Below are positions 9,577 through 19,499 of a DNA stretch of 64,000 nt, piece after piece (position 1 is the first letter of the stretch; each line of letters opens with the position of its first letter). Source of the DNA: an uncultured virus (IMG/VR IMGVR_UViG_3300040801_004110) (Duplodnaviria > Heunggongvirae > Uroviricota > Caudoviricetes); the IMG/VR virus record IMGVR_UViG_3300040801_004110; one strand, given 5' to 3'. The notes beneath the pieces are model-generated. The model was not told the DNA's origin and did no database searches. It saw only the letters and a list, made by a program, of their open reading frames with translations. Position numbers and translations under genes: made by a program.

Positions 9577-10308
9577 ATGGAAATAAAATTAATAAATGGT
9601 GAGTGTTTAGAAGAAATGTCTAAAATTAAAGATGGTAGTATTGATATGATACTTGCTGATTTACCATATGGCACAACTAGTAATAAGTGGGATTCTGTAA
9701 TACCGTTTGAACCTCTATGGGAACAATATTGGAGAATATTAAAACCAACAGGCGTTATAGCATTAACTGCTAGTCAGCCCTTTAGCAGTGCTTTAGTGAT
9801 GAGTCAACCTAAATGGTTCAAACATGAGTGGATATGGATTAAAAATAGAGGAAGTAATTTTGCAAATACAGTAAGAGAACCAATGAAAGAACATGAACAG
9901 GTTTTAATATTCAGCAAAGGCAAATGGACTTATAATAAGCAAATGCAGGAAAGAACAGGCGCAGGTGCTAGCAGAGTTAAATACGAGTTAAACCATAAGA
10001 GTAAAAGCGAGAACTATAGAGATTTTGAGGGAAGAGAAAAAGTAAAAATGCCAAAATTAAGAGTACCTTCTACATGGCAAAAATTTAACACATGTACAAG
10101 CAAGTTACACCCAACAGTTAAACCATTACCTCTCTTTGAATATATGGTAAAGACTTACACTAACGAAGGTGATACTGTATTAGACAATACCATGGGAAGT
10201 GGAACTACAATGATTGCATGTATGAACCTTAACCGAAATGGTATAGGCATAGAACTTGATAAAAAGTATTTTGATGTTGCTCAGAAAAGAGTCAATGATA
10301 ACAAATAA
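9577..10308 (+). CDS. N6A/N4C DNA methyltransferase (beta class)
   Basis: GECLE, ADLPYG, HPTVKP, VLDNTMGSGTT, GIELD. Confidence 0.92.
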   Translation: MEIKLINGECLEEMSKIKDGSIDMILADLPYGTTSNKWDSVIPFEPLWEQYWRILKPTGVIALTASQPFSSALVMSQPKWFKHEWIWIKNRGSNFANTVREPMKEHEQVLIFSKGKWTYNKQMQERTGAGASRVKYELNHKSKSENYRDFEGREKVKMPKLRVPSTWQKFNTCTSKLHPTVKPLPLFEYMVKTYTNEGDTVLDNTMGSGTTMIACMNLNRNGIGIELDKKYFDVAQKRVNDNK

Positions 10309-10311
10309 AGT

Positions 10312-10737
10312 CTACTTTTTGTAAACTAATTTAACAGATCTTATTCTCCACTTTTTACCTGGTGCAGTATCAATCACAACCTCACCTAAGCCATTAAGTA
10401 TCATTAAATGAGCAGAGTTTCTTTGATATCCACTCACTATAAATAAGTCATCTTTGGTATATGATTTCTTTTTTATATTTTTCTTAAGTGATGTCATTGT
10501 TGTTGAAATGCCATCTTTACAAAGTTCACTGAATCTACTCCTAAGGGCATAACCATTTCGTCTTATAACACCTTCCCAACTTCTGATAGTTTTATCCGAT
10601 GAGGTATAATGATACGAATTGAAATCAATACCTAAAAAGCTTAAGCACGTTGATACACATACAGTTTTGCTACCTTTACCATATCTTAAGTGGTTGTTTA
10701 TTTCTTGAAAAGCTTTAGTTTGATTAACGGTTTCCAT
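10312..10737 (-). CDS. Hypothetical protein
   Basis: METVNQ start after promoter CAAATATA at 10762. Confidence 0.7.
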   Translation of the reverse strand: METVNQTKAFQEINNHLRYGKGSKTVCVSTCLSFLGIDFNSYHYTSSDKTIRSWEGVIRRNGYALRSRFSELCKDGISTTMTSLKKNIKKKSYTKDDLFIVSGYQRNSAHLMILNGLGEVVIDTAPGKKWRIRSVKLVYKK

Positions 10738-10792
10738 TTGTTTAGTTTTGTTTAGTTTAGACAAATATACAAAAATATTTAATATATAAGCT

Positions 10793-11335
10793 ATGGAAAA
10801 GATAAAAAAAATAAAAACCTTATCAGAATTTTTAAATGAAGATATTAAAATCGATAATATAAATGATGATTTTTGGAAGTGGTTTAAAAATTCTAATTTA
10901 AAAGAAAATGATAAACCAATCGTTTTTTACCACGGAACAAAAACAAATTTTGATTCTTTCAAACCAAGTAAAAGTGTAGGTAATCAAGGAGAGACAGATC
11001 AAATAGAAGGAATATACTTTACAACCAATAAAGATGCAGCAAGGTTCTTTGCTTTAGGTGACGATGATAGGTTCGTAAAAGAAGTATATCTATCAATACA
11101 AAATCCTTACTATGCTAAAGATATGAATGAATTAAAACATTCTTTAAACACAAACCTCTTAGCAGATGTTAATAAAAAGCTAGTAGATAAAGGATATGAT
11201 GGACTTATAATAGATAAAGGGTTTTATGCAAATGGTGGACCATTTACATTATACTTACCATTCTATCCCAACCAAATAAAGTCAATAGACAATGATGGGA
11301 GTTGGGATGTAGATAACAATAACATTTATTCTTAA
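10793..11335 (+). CDS. CTS-like leader protein, ART-PolyVal-like ADP-ribosyltransferase
   Basis: KIKTLSEFLNE; FWKWF, FYHGT..F..F, GIYFT, GYDG, NQIKSI; TAATATATA at 10780. Confidence 0.75.
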   Translation: MEKIKKIKTLSEFLNEDIKIDNINDDFWKWFKNSNLKENDKPIVFYHGTKTNFDSFKPSKSVGNQGETDQIEGIYFTTNKDAARFFALGDDDRFVKEVYLSIQNPYYAKDMNELKHSLNTNLLADVNKKLVDKGYDGLIIDKGFYANGGPFTLYLPFYPNQIKSIDNDGSWDVDNNNIYS

Positions 11336-11526
11336 TCAACCCAAACTATCTCTTTATTAGCGACACCACAGTTAAGCGATTCGGTAAGTTTATTAATGAA
11401 TTCTTTTTCTTTTACTTCTCTGTAATGTTGTCCTTCGTTATCAAAGTCCATTTCTACTCTAAAATAATCTAGAATAGATTTGCTCATTTTTACTACCTGT
11501 ACATTATTATCTACATTATTATCCAT
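11332..11526 (-). CDS. Hypothetical protein
   Basis: ORF with upstream TAnnTTTG. Confidence 0.6.
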   Translation of the reverse strand: MDNNVDNNVQVVKMSKSILDYFRVEMDFDNEGQHYREVKEKEFINKLTESLNCGVANKEIVWVD

Positions 11527-11625
11527 GTCTTTTGTTTTTTTTATTCATGCAAATATAAAACTTTTTTAGAACTATACAACATTGTATCATATTATTTATT
11601 ATATTTGTCAAAAATATAAATTGAA

Positions 11626-11937
11626 ATGAAACTAAACTGGTGGAGAGCCGAACAGTGGGCAGAAAAAGTTAACGAAAGCAAAGAATACTATGACCCGAAA
11701 TGGAATTGGGATTGTGGATTCAAATTAGATTTTGACGGATCTCTTTTATCCGTAACTTCTAGATTTTATCCACCTCACAAAAATAAAGGGGATTGGTGGG
11801 AAGGTGACTTAGATATTTCTTTTTTAGGTAAGAAGATATCTACCAAAAGGTTTAAAGAAGATACACTTGATGAGTTGCACTTAAGTGTTGAAACTTATGT
11901 AAGGGAATATACAGATTCTATAAAAGATAAATTATGA
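11626..11937 (+). CDS. Hypothetical protein
   Basis: ORF with upstream TATATTTG. Confidence 0.7.
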   Translation: MKLNWWRAEQWAEKVNESKEYYDPKWNWDCGFKLDFDGSLLSVTSRFYPPHKNKGDWWEGDLDISFLGKKISTKRFKEDTLDELHLSVETYVREYTDSIKDKL

Positions 11938-12101
11938 GCGAAGAAATAATATCTCGAATAAAAGAGTTAGAAATCGACTGTCCTGAATGTGAAGATATGT
12001 ATTCTGATGACCAGTACACCTGCACCACATGTTGGTGTGAGGGTGGGCAAGGAAAAATTAATGCTTTTGAGTGGCTTAGTGAAAACAAAAATAAAAGATA
12101 A
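11934..12101 (+). CDS. Small zinc-finger-like protein (55 aa, not in ORF track)
   Basis: MSEEIISRIKELEIDCPEC...CTTCWCEGG; ATGA overlap with previous gene. Confidence 0.7.
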   Translation: MSEEIISRIKELEIDCPECEDMYSDDQYTCTTCWCEGGQGKINAFEWLSENKNKR

Positions 12102-12106
12102 GTAAT

Positions 12107-12433
12107 ATGGAATATACTGTAAATGGATATGAGATGCTAGTTGGTAACAAATATGCATGGATGAAAAGATATATCTATCAAGACACAGACAAACATTATT
12201 ATTATACTGTTTCCTTTAATAGCCTTTATGAAAACCAGGTTGAGTATTATCCTAAAGGTGGGCTAGTATCTATTTCGAGTCTAAATGATAAAATAGAAAT
12301 GAAAGGTGATATCCGTTTTGCAGAGACACTAGTTGATGCTATAAAAGATGCTAATGGTTATGAAATATCAACAGCTAATATATTACCTGATAAATATAAT
12401 AGAAGTAAGAAGCTTAGTGAAATATTGGATTAA
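12107..12433 (+). CDS. C-terminal RxxKL-tag protein
   Basis: Ends YNRSKKLSEILD. Confidence 0.75.
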   Translation: MEYTVNGYEMLVGNKYAWMKRYIYQDTDKHYYYTVSFNSLYENQVEYYPKGGLVSISSLNDKIEMKGDIRFAETLVDAIKDANGYEISTANILPDKYNRSKKLSEILD

Positions 12434-12814
12434 ATGATAAGTTATAAGACATTCGAGAGAAATTATAAACTATCAAAGGTATTCGATGGTGTGTCATATA
12501 TAGATCCAGAATATAAAGAATTAATAGATGACTTAATAGACATATCGGAGAATGGAAGTGTTATTTGTAGTAATGGTAAAGGAATAACCATCCCTGATAT
12601 TACGTATTCTTATGTATATAATAATGAAGAGAGGTTTCATTATTGTAAAATAAATAACGAAAGGACATTTATATATACGACACATTTAACAAAACGTTTA
12701 TTCCACAGTCACCGCATATCAGATTATCACATCCATTCTTTTATAAATGATTTCATAATTAATTTCATAGATTATGATAAAAAAGAAAGTCAAATGGTTA
12801 AATGCTTTCAATAA
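12434..12814 (+). CDS. N-terminal RxxKL-tag protein
   Basis: MISYKTFERNYKLSKVF; paralog of 17858. Confidence 0.75.
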   Translation: MISYKTFERNYKLSKVFDGVSYIDPEYKELIDDLIDISENGSVICSNGKGITIPDITYSYVYNNEERFHYCKINNERTFIYTTHLTKRLFHSHRISDYHIHSFINDFIINFIDYDKKESQMVKCFQ

Positions 12815-13065
12815 TTATTATCTATCCAATTACAGACTCTCCCAATTTGATTATCGGTTAATTCGGTATCTAAATCTTCTAAGACTCTATCAATTATCTT
12901 ATCCCAGTAAATGGCTAGTATTCTGTGATGATCACTATAATTATAATGGCTATCACCTACACTTTTATAATGCTCAAACCAATGGTCTACCATATCAAGG
13001 ATTTCTTCATCAGTAAACTTCTTGCGTATAACACAAGGTAATTTATTAATAACAAAACTATTCAT
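12808..13065 (-). CDS. Hypothetical protein
   Basis: Operonic ORF. Confidence 0.6.
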   Translation of the reverse strand: MNSFVINKLPCVIRKKFTDEEILDMVDHWFEHYKSVGDSHYNYSDHHRILAIYWDKIIDRVLEDLDTELTDNQIGRVCNWIDNNY

Positions 13066-13478
13066 TATATCTCTCCTTTATATTTCATATATACATAATA
13101 ACTTATCTCATCAGAAAGGACTTCACTTTCTTTAAATTCCCCATGTGGGAATTTATCACTAACTATATCTGATATTAATGATCTGGGATTGTCATGTTTA
13201 CCTAATATATCAAATTCATTTTTAAGAACATCCAAAACCATCTTTCTAGAACATCTCACAAAAGGATGTTTAAACTTGAACATGTATAAATCATCTTTAA
13301 AATAAAATACATCATCGGGATAATCCCCATGTGTCCACTTTTTCAAGCCTGAGGTTACATACGATACAAATTCATGCATTTCTTTAAAATCATCACTGAT
13401 TGGTCTATCTAAAATCTTTGATAGCTTAACTTGTCTTTTATAATCTTTATAGTCCATTTCTTTAGATCCAACCTTCAT
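13065..13478 (-). CDS. N-terminal RxxKL-tag protein
   Basis: MDYKDYKRQVKLSKILD (start may be 13457). Confidence 0.8.
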   Translation of the reverse strand: MKVGSKEMDYKDYKRQVKLSKILDRPISDDFKEMHEFVSYVTSGLKKWTHGDYPDDVFYFKDDLYMFKFKHPFVRCSRKMVLDVLKNEFDILGKHDNPRSLISDIVSDKFPHGEFKESEVLSDEISYYVYMKYKGEI

Positions 13479-13845
13479 AATTCATCGACTCATCATCTCT
13501 TTCAACATTGTTAAATGTAATAACGCTATATATCGAAAATTTCCTATCAAAATTATCATTTATAAAACTACGAACAAATTCTTTTACATCATCATCTTCC
13601 ATAGTTACTATTCTTGTCATTATGGGAAAGTGTATATAATAAAAAGAAAACTTAGCTAATTTTTCACTTATGCTTAACATATGAATTCCCTTTTTGGTAT
13701 AAAATTTTACACACCCATCCTCACACACCTCATCTAATTTTAATAGCTTACTCATTATTTTATACATTATCATATAATCACCTTCTAAAGGTTTGTTTAA
13801 AATCTTTGATAACTTGATCTGTCTCTTGTAATCATTGTACTTCAT
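13462..13845 (-). CDS. N-terminal RxxKL-tag protein
   Basis: MKYNDYKRQIKLSKILNKPLEG. Confidence 0.8.
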   Translation of the reverse strand: MKYNDYKRQIKLSKILNKPLEGDYMIMYKIMSKLLKLDEVCEDGCVKFYTKKGIHMLSISEKLAKFSFYYIHFPIMTRIVTMEDDDVKEFVRSFINDNFDRKFSIYSVITFNNVERDDESMNYEGWI

Positions 13846-13872
13846 ATGACAAATATACAAAAATAATTTATA

Positions 13873-13907
13873 TTAACACTTAGTTTGAAATATATTTACT
13901 ATATTTG
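13873..13907 (+). promoter_or_regulatory. TTAACA-N21-TATATTTG promoter
   Basis: Bacteroidota -7 element with TTAACA at a fixed spacing. Confidence 0.65.
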
Positions 13908-13931
13908 TCTAAACTAAAAAAACTATTACTT

Positions 13932-14132
13932 ATGGAAAATTTACAAATGAGTTCAGAAGAAGCTATTAAAAAAATAGAATCAGCCATTGAAAATGGTGAT
14001 AAAAAAGCAATGTTAGAATTAGTTGCCCCTGATGATTTAGACACATTACCCGATTGGGACAGTGAACCAGATTATCTCTGGGAAGATTGGGAAAATTTAG
14101 TAGATAAAGCAAACTCTTTGCTCGGAATTTAA
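13932..14132 (+). CDS. Hypothetical acidic protein
   Basis: MENLQM start after AAAAACTA leader. Confidence 0.65.
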   Translation: MENLQMSSEEAIKKIESAIENGDKKAMLELVAPDDLDTLPDWDSEPDYLWEDWENLVDKANSLLGI

Positions 14133-14143
14133 TATAATAATAT

Positions 14144-14455
14144 ATGGAATACACAGAAGAAATAATTAAAATAGCTGAGTTTATGGGTATTAAACCCATA
14201 AAGGATTTAAATAATCACGGCAATGAATATTATTATTATGATAATGGCTTAGGGGAATATGAAGCATTGCCTTATTATAATGATTGGAACGAAATAATGC
14301 CAGTTGTTATAAAAATAGAAAGTTTTGGTGGTGATGAAAATGAATTTGATATCTTCGGAAACTGCGTTCAACTTGGTGATGATGAATTCGTTGGAAAGAC
14401 AAAACTAGATGCTGTGACTAAAGCTATTAATTTCTGGATTTCGAAGAATACTTAA
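14144..14455 (+). CDS. Phage protein, possibly ABA-sandwich-like
   Basis: IAEFMG and YYNDWNEIMPVVIKIE motifs. Confidence 0.55.
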   Translation: MEYTEEIIKIAEFMGIKPIKDLNNHGNEYYYYDNGLGEYEALPYYNDWNEIMPVVIKIESFGGDENEFDIFGNCVQLGDDEFVGKTKLDAVTKAINFWISKNT

Positions 14456-14458
14456 ATT

Positions 14459-14692
14459 ATGAATTTAGATTACGTAAAAAAACATAGAGGATTAAAATTT
14501 GCCAAAAGAGGTATGAGGGTAGAACATACTTATAATGGTAAAACACAAACTGGTAGAATAACTAGTGGGAACTCTAGTGGAAATCTTAATATTTTATTCG
14601 AAGGGAAAAAGAAACCAGAGAACTGTCACCCAAGATGGGCTATGAAATACTTTGATAAAGATGGGAATGTTATAGCCGAATTCCCTGAATAA
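14459..14692 (+). CDS. Hypothetical protein (SH3-like?)
   Basis: GMRVE...G.IT...N.HP.W. Confidence 0.65.
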   Translation: MNLDYVKKHRGLKFAKRGMRVEHTYNGKTQTGRITSGNSSGNLNILFEGKKKPENCHPRWAMKYFDKDGNVIAEFPE

Positions 14693-14695
14693 CTA

Positions 14696-15049
14696 TTATA
14701 AAATTTTACTTAGTTTTTCAGATCTAATTTTTACTTTATATTCAAGCACCTTTTTATGATATGTATTCTCTTCGAAATGTTCTCCATCTATATACCACAT
14801 TTTATCACCATCAAAGTACTCAACCGCAGGTCCATCTAATCTATGTTTCTCTCCATTTTTAATCCACATTTTTGTTCCAGTTGACCAAATAATTGCAGGA
14901 CCATCCTCTCTATGTAGATTACCATTTATCCACCATTCTTTATCACCATTGATACCTTCTAAAGCAGGACCATCCTCTCTATGTAATTCACCACGACCAT
15001 TGATCCATTTTTCTTTACCGTAAGAATCTATTATTTTTTTAGATTTCAT
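14696..15049 (-). CDS. LHREDGPA-repeat protein with C-terminal RxxKL tag
   Basis: Three HR(E/L)DGPA repeats; ends IRSEKLSKIL. Confidence 0.85.
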   Translation of the reverse strand: MKSKKIIDSYGKEKWINGRGELHREDGPALEGINGDKEWWINGNLHREDGPAIIWSTGTKMWIKNGEKHRLDGPAVEYFDGDKMWYIDGEHFEENTYHKKVLEYKVKIRSEKLSKIL

Positions 15050-15378
15050 AATATTTCATTAAGCTTTATATTTCTCATTTCATTTTTATATTCTTCTTCG
15101 GTATACACTTCACCATTTATATACCATAATTTTCTACCGTCATAGTACTCAACCGCAGGACCATTCCCTCTGTGTATATTATTCTCTTTAAACCACTTCT
15201 TACTTCCACTTTTAGTTATAATAGCAGGACCACCATCACGATGATATTTACCTTCTTTATACCAAGCCTGATAGCCATTTTTCATTATAATAGCAGGACC
15301 ATCCTCTCTGTGCAATCTGCCCTTTTCATCGAACCATCTAATAGTTCCATTGTCATCAACTTCCTTTGTCGATTTCAT
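15046..15378 (-). CDS. LHREDGPA-repeat protein with C-terminal RxxKL tag
   Basis: Three repeats; ends YKNEMRNIKLNEIL. Confidence 0.85.
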   Translation of the reverse strand: MKSTKEVDDNGTIRWFDEKGRLHREDGPAIIMKNGYQAWYKEGKYHRDGGPAIITKSGSKKWFKENNIHRGNGPAVEYYDGRKLWYINGEVYTEEEYKNEMRNIKLNEIL

Positions 15379-15393
15379 AAATATTATTTAGCG

Positions 15394-15723
15394 TTAAATT
15401 ATGCCACTACTTGAAAATGCTATTCTAGCATCATTCGGTAAGGTATCACTTACCTTTCTTATATTGTAAAATTTAATAAGGTTTGTTGATACATCATTAG
15501 GCATTTCGCCTTTGATATATAAAACCACACTTCCATAGTAATCATCTGGCGTAATAACTTCTTTAACTTCATGCCACACATCCCCAAATTCATCATTAAG
15601 GTTGACCCACTGACCGCTTTTTATATTCATATCCCTTATCTCTAAATCTTTTTCTTTTCGTCTTTTCGTTAAGAATTCATCATTAGAGGTATTGTGGAAA
15701 TCATTATAGCCTTTTATCTTCAT
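15394..15723 (-). CDS. Hypothetical protein
   Basis: MKIKGYNDF start after TACATTTG. Confidence 0.65.
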   Translation of the reverse strand: MKIKGYNDFHNTSNDEFLTKRRKEKDLEIRDMNIKSGQWVNLNDEFGDVWHEVKEVITPDDYYGSVVLYIKGEMPNDVSTNLIKFYNIRKVSDTLPNDARIAFSSSGII

Positions 15724-15774
15724 AATTTTTATATTTTTAAAGCAAATGTACAACTTTTATATTTGAGAAACAAA

Positions 15775-16398
15775 TTATGTGTATATCTTTCTTCCTGTAT
15801 GTTTAATATCGAACATTGCTAAATGCCCATTTTTAAATCCTAGGTTATCTATTTTACAATCCAATAATTCGAATCCATGTTTAGATCCTTCTTTTCTTAT
15901 TTCTATCAAATCTCTATAAAGCCTTTTTTGATATTCTGTTAAGGTCACGTAAATATCAACATTAAAGCCATTATTTAACTCATCAAAGTTATATTCCCCA
16001 CTTTTATTATCTATGGGCATTTCTTTTAGACTATCTATAGTTTTTTTATCAAGTAATTTTAATTTTTCTAATATTATAATCCACGCACCATTAAATTCAT
16101 ATATCTTATAAACATCAGCAAAATATTCACAATGTTTACCTTCTATGAAATCACAAGCACCTACCTCTATGTCATCATATGTATATTTAAGTACTTTGTC
16201 ATTATTAAGTTCGAAAGCCACACCCCCAAACCCAATACCAATTATTTCGTTTATTACTAAACCTCTATCTTTAGCAAAATTTCTTATATTATTTTCTTCA
16301 TTTTCAGAAAAATCAAATGCTCTATGATATTCAACAGAATCAGGATTCACTCCTTTTAAAAATCCTGTATAATCCTCAAATAATTTAATATGTTTCAT
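15775..16398 (-). CDS. CTS-like leader protein, protein-kinase-like fold
   Basis: MKHIKLFEDY; GIGFGG, KVLK, IILEKL, DCKIDNLG, MFD; TAATATATA at 16405-16413. Confidence 0.8.
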   Translation of the reverse strand: MKHIKLFEDYTGFLKGVNPDSVEYHRAFDFSENEENNIRNFAKDRGLVINEIIGIGFGGVAFELNNDKVLKYTYDDIEVGACDFIEGKHCEYFADVYKIYEFNGAWIIILEKLKLLDKKTIDSLKEMPIDNKSGEYNFDELNNGFNVDIYVTLTEYQKRLYRDLIEIRKEGSKHGFELLDCKIDNLGFKNGHLAMFDIKHTGRKIYT

Positions 16399-16436
16399 AT
16401 ATTGTATATATTAAATATAATGGCTATATTTGCATT

Positions 16437-16943
16437 ATGAAAACTCTAGTTATACACCCAGAAGATGAAACAACTGACTTTCTATCAGAAATATATTCTG
16501 ATAAAAATTGGACTGTCATTAGGGACAATGTATCCAAAAAGTTACTAAAAGAAAGTATAAAATCACATGATAGAATTGTTATGTTAGGGCATGGCACAGA
16601 AGGTGGTTTATTTGGTCATAAGAACAGGTTTGTAATTAACCCTAGTATGGTCTATCTTTTGCGTGATAAGCTCTGTGTATGCATATGGTGTAATGCTGAT
16701 GTATTCTTTGAGAAGTATAACTTGAAGGGATTTTACACAGGTATGATAATATCTGAACTAGAGGAAGCAATTATGTACTGCGTTGATACTAGTATGCAAG
16801 ATATAGATTTATCTAATGAAAGCTTCTCTATGGCTATAAAAGAGTCCATTGATGAGGTAGATATGTTAAAGAATGTTAATAAACTATATAATAATGTTAA
16901 TGCAGTCACCGATTTTAATAAAAATAACTTATATTACAAATAA
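16437..16943 (+). CDS. Hypothetical protein
   Basis: MLGHG and IWCNA motifs (possible His/Cys pair). Confidence 0.7.
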   Translation: MKTLVIHPEDETTDFLSEIYSDKNWTVIRDNVSKKLLKESIKSHDRIVMLGHGTEGGLFGHKNRFVINPSMVYLLRDKLCVCIWCNADVFFEKYNLKGFYTGMIISELEEAIMYCVDTSMQDIDLSNESFSMAIKESIDEVDMLKNVNKLYNNVNAVTDFNKNNLYYK

Positions 16944-16950
16944 AAATATC

Positions 16951-17156
16951 ATGGAAAATAAAACAGTAGTAGAGAAAACAATTGAGGGTCTATCACCAGA
17001 AGAGTAAAAGATGATAGAGAAAGGAAAAAACATTGGGAGCTTGATACACTCAAAATAGAAAAGGGTGGTTATGTGAAAAGTGATACTATAAAGGATATTA
17101 TAGACATGCTCATTGAAATCACTTGGAGTCAAGCAAAAGATTTTTATAACAAATAA
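16951..17156 (+). pseudogene. Frameshifted small gene (or sequence error)
   Basis: MENKTVVEKTIEG continues in another frame as ITRRVKDD...FYNK*. Confidence 0.5.
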
Positions 17157-17168
17157 AATAAAAAAATT

Positions 17169-17480
17169 ATGGCAGATTATTTTGAGAAGTATGTGGCTAT
17201 GTGTCACATTGTTGAAAATTTAAAAAAGGAGTATTCAAAATCTGAATTAAAAAAGAAGATATCAGAGAAAGATGTTGAGATAGGAAAGTTGAAATCTGAA
17301 ATAGATGAGCTAAGGTATAAAAACCATCAGAGGTTAACAAAAGTTTACTCAACTATGAATCCAACACAAAAGCGAAATTTCAAAAAGAGTTATAAGGAAG
17401 TCTTCATAACTAACCAAAGAAAAGAAATAAAAGAGTTAAAAGACAAACTCAAAGAATTAAGCTCTCATGATAAGCTATAA
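17169..17480 (+). CDS. Hypothetical coiled-coil protein
   Basis: Heptad-rich, operonic. Confidence 0.65.
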   Translation: MADYFEKYVAMCHIVENLKKEYSKSELKKKISEKDVEIGKLKSEIDELRYKNHQRLTKVYSTMNPTQKRNFKKSYKEVFITNQRKEIKELKDKLKELSSHDKL

Positions 17481-17874
17481 AGAGTTAAGTAGAAAGTTAA
17501 AATTAAGGGAACTGGGCTACAGTTTTAATAGCCTAGATCCTATGATTGATTTCCTTGATGATGTTAAGAAAAGGAGTATAGTTGAAAAAACATTTACAGA
17601 TAGGTATATACTATTAATAGATGATGTTAAGGTAGCAGACATATATTATACTAGAGAAAATTATAATCTTAGAATTGACTTTGGAGATATTTATCCATTA
17701 GGTGAAAAACTAACAAAAGAATTTACCAAAATATATATCCCAAAAGACATAAAGATATATAGTGGTGACCAACTTATGGGTTTTATAAATAACAGAACAA
17801 AATTTTTACAAAGTTATATGACTGATCATCTAATAAAACCAATGCTTAAAAAGATACTTGGTGCTGAATTATAA
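17467..17874 (+). CDS. N-terminal RxxKL-tag protein
   Basis: MISYKELSRKLKLRELG. Confidence 0.75.
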   Translation: MISYKELSRKLKLRELGYSFNSLDPMIDFLDDVKKRSIVEKTFTDRYILLIDDVKVADIYYTRENYNLRIDFGDIYPLGEKLTKEFTKIYIPKDIKIYSGDQLMGFINNRTKFLQSYMTDHLIKPMLKKILGAEL

Positions 17875-18235
17875 ATCATTTGAGAGGGATTATAAAATGT
17901 CAAAGTTATTTGGGTATGATATCTTTGATACTAATACTTATCGTAAATATAAAGGCGTAATAGAAGATTTATTAGATATAAGTGATAAGTGTAAAGTTGT
18001 GATACACGAGCATAAAAAATATGATGTACATAAATATTATTATGATGAGAAGTTAATGTTCGATAGGTATAAAATAGATGATAGGTTTGTCATTGGTAAA
18101 ACTTCTTTAATTGTAACAGAAATAGTAGAAAATAACACAGAATACAATTATTTCATAACCGACTTTGTTATTGATTTTATAACCAATTTTATAGATCATG
18201 ATAGTAAAATAAAAGAACATGTTAGAGAGTTATAA
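17858..18235 (+). CDS. N-terminal RxxKL-tag protein
   Basis: NYKSFERDYKMSKLFG. Confidence 0.75.
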   Translation: MVLNYKSFERDYKMSKLFGYDIFDTNTYRKYKGVIEDLLDISDKCKVVIHEHKKYDVHKYYYDEKLMFDRYKIDDRFVIGKTSLIVTEIVENNTEYNYFITDFVIDFITNFIDHDSKIKEHVREL

Positions 18236-18581
18236 ATTATTTTTAAGGCATGTTAAATTAAACTCCATGGGTTTAAAGCCAGAAAAAGATGATCTAAAAT
18301 ACCTCATCAATTTAAAGGATGAAATAAATATAGATATAAATTTCTACCACAATGAAGCAGACATATATATTATAAAGGATAAGATGGTCTTATTCACTAT
18401 AAGATGTAGAATGGTGGGTCACTCTAGCACTCTTAATGTTGATATACAAGAAAATAATTTCATAGGAAAGATAATTCATGATTCTAGTTTTATGAAGGGA
18501 TCATCTTATATGTTCATGAGAAGTTATGTTTTAGACTATCTAGAAATAGAAAAGCAAATCAGAAAAATATACATGAGGTGA
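18219..18581 (+). CDS. N-terminal RxxKL-tag protein
   Basis: SYKLFLRHVKLNSMG. Confidence 0.75.
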   Translation: MLESYKLFLRHVKLNSMGLKPEKDDLKYLINLKDEINIDINFYHNEADIYIIKDKMVLFTIRCRMVGHSSTLNVDIQENNFIGKIIHDSSFMKGSSYMFMRSYVLDYLEIEKQIRKIYMR

Positions 18582-18608
18582 ATATTTAAAAAAATTATAT
18601 ATACCTTA

Positions 18609-19106
18609 ATGAAATATATAAAAACTACACTAAATCAATATATAAACGAGAATACTAATATACCAATTGTGTATCATGCTTCTGATGCAAATTTTGACGA
18701 GTTTGATATATCAAAAATAACTAATATAAGAGGTGATTTATATGGTGTTGGATTTTACTTCAGTGATAATTTAGAATATGTTAAACAATTTGGAAAGATC
18801 CTTTATGAGTGTGAGATAAATATACCTAATCCAATTAATTTAACTGATAAATTTTTGGCTAAAAAACAACTATCATACTTACTGGGTAAGATAGAAAATA
18901 TAAAAAGCAGTGATAAAGAATACATCGAAGATTCTATAGAGTATAAAGACTTCTCATCAGGATTTAGAAGAATAAGAAAATACTTGTCGTTTAATGACCT
19001 TAAAAAACATTTTGATGGTGTTATAGGTCATTCTGAAAAAGGGGGCATGGAGTACGTTGTGTATCATCCACAGAACATTAAAATAGTAAATGTGAATAAG
19101 ATATAA
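18609..19106 (+). CDS. CTS-like leader protein, ART-like
   Basis: MKYIKTTLNQYINE; VYHAS..F..FD, GFYFS, FDGVI, EYVV. Confidence 0.75.
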   Translation: MKYIKTTLNQYINENTNIPIVYHASDANFDEFDISKITNIRGDLYGVGFYFSDNLEYVKQFGKILYECEINIPNPINLTDKFLAKKQLSYLLGKIENIKSSDKEYIEDSIEYKDFSSGFRRIRKYLSFNDLKKHFDGVIGHSEKGGMEYVVYHPQNIKIVNVNKI

Positions 19107-19499
19107 TCTAATCATGACTAATTCATTATTTTCATACTTTGAGTCAATATATTTAGATACCATTCTATCAGGAATTTGATGAGAAGAATAATATTTTTTA
19201 TTAATTTTTTCACTTATAATCTCCATTGCTATTTTTGAAGATCCACTCGTATCAACACCAGATAGAGATTGAATATTATTAACTACAACTTCACGAATAG
19301 CCAAAAAGCCACTATCACCATAAAAATAACAACACCCGTCTTTAAAATAATAAATAATACCATTGTCTGTATACTTTTCTTTATATGCCTTAACATTAAT
19401 AATTTCGTTCAAATACATATTTAATGATACATATTTATCACTAGAATATCCAAGAATAGATTCTAATTTCATTTCTCTTTTATATTCTTTATAAGTCAT
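18957..19499 (-). CDS. N-terminal RxxKL-tag protein
   Basis: MTYKEYKREMKLESILG; 3' end overlaps convergent gene. Confidence 0.7.
   Translation of the reverse strand: MTYKEYKREMKLESILGYSSDKYVSLNMYLNEIINVKAYKEKYTDNGIIYYFKDGCCYFYGDSGFLAIREVVVNNIQSLSGVDTSGSSKIAMEIISEKINKKYYSSHQIPDRMVSKYIDSKYENNELVMIRLYLIHIYYFNVLWMIHNVLHAPFFRMTYNTIKMFFKVIKRQVFSYSSKS

Noticed and set aside
18957..19106. Functional 150-bp antisense overlap of two genes
   Set aside because: More simply a lost stop codon; paralogs end near 130 aa and the extension has no recognisable features.
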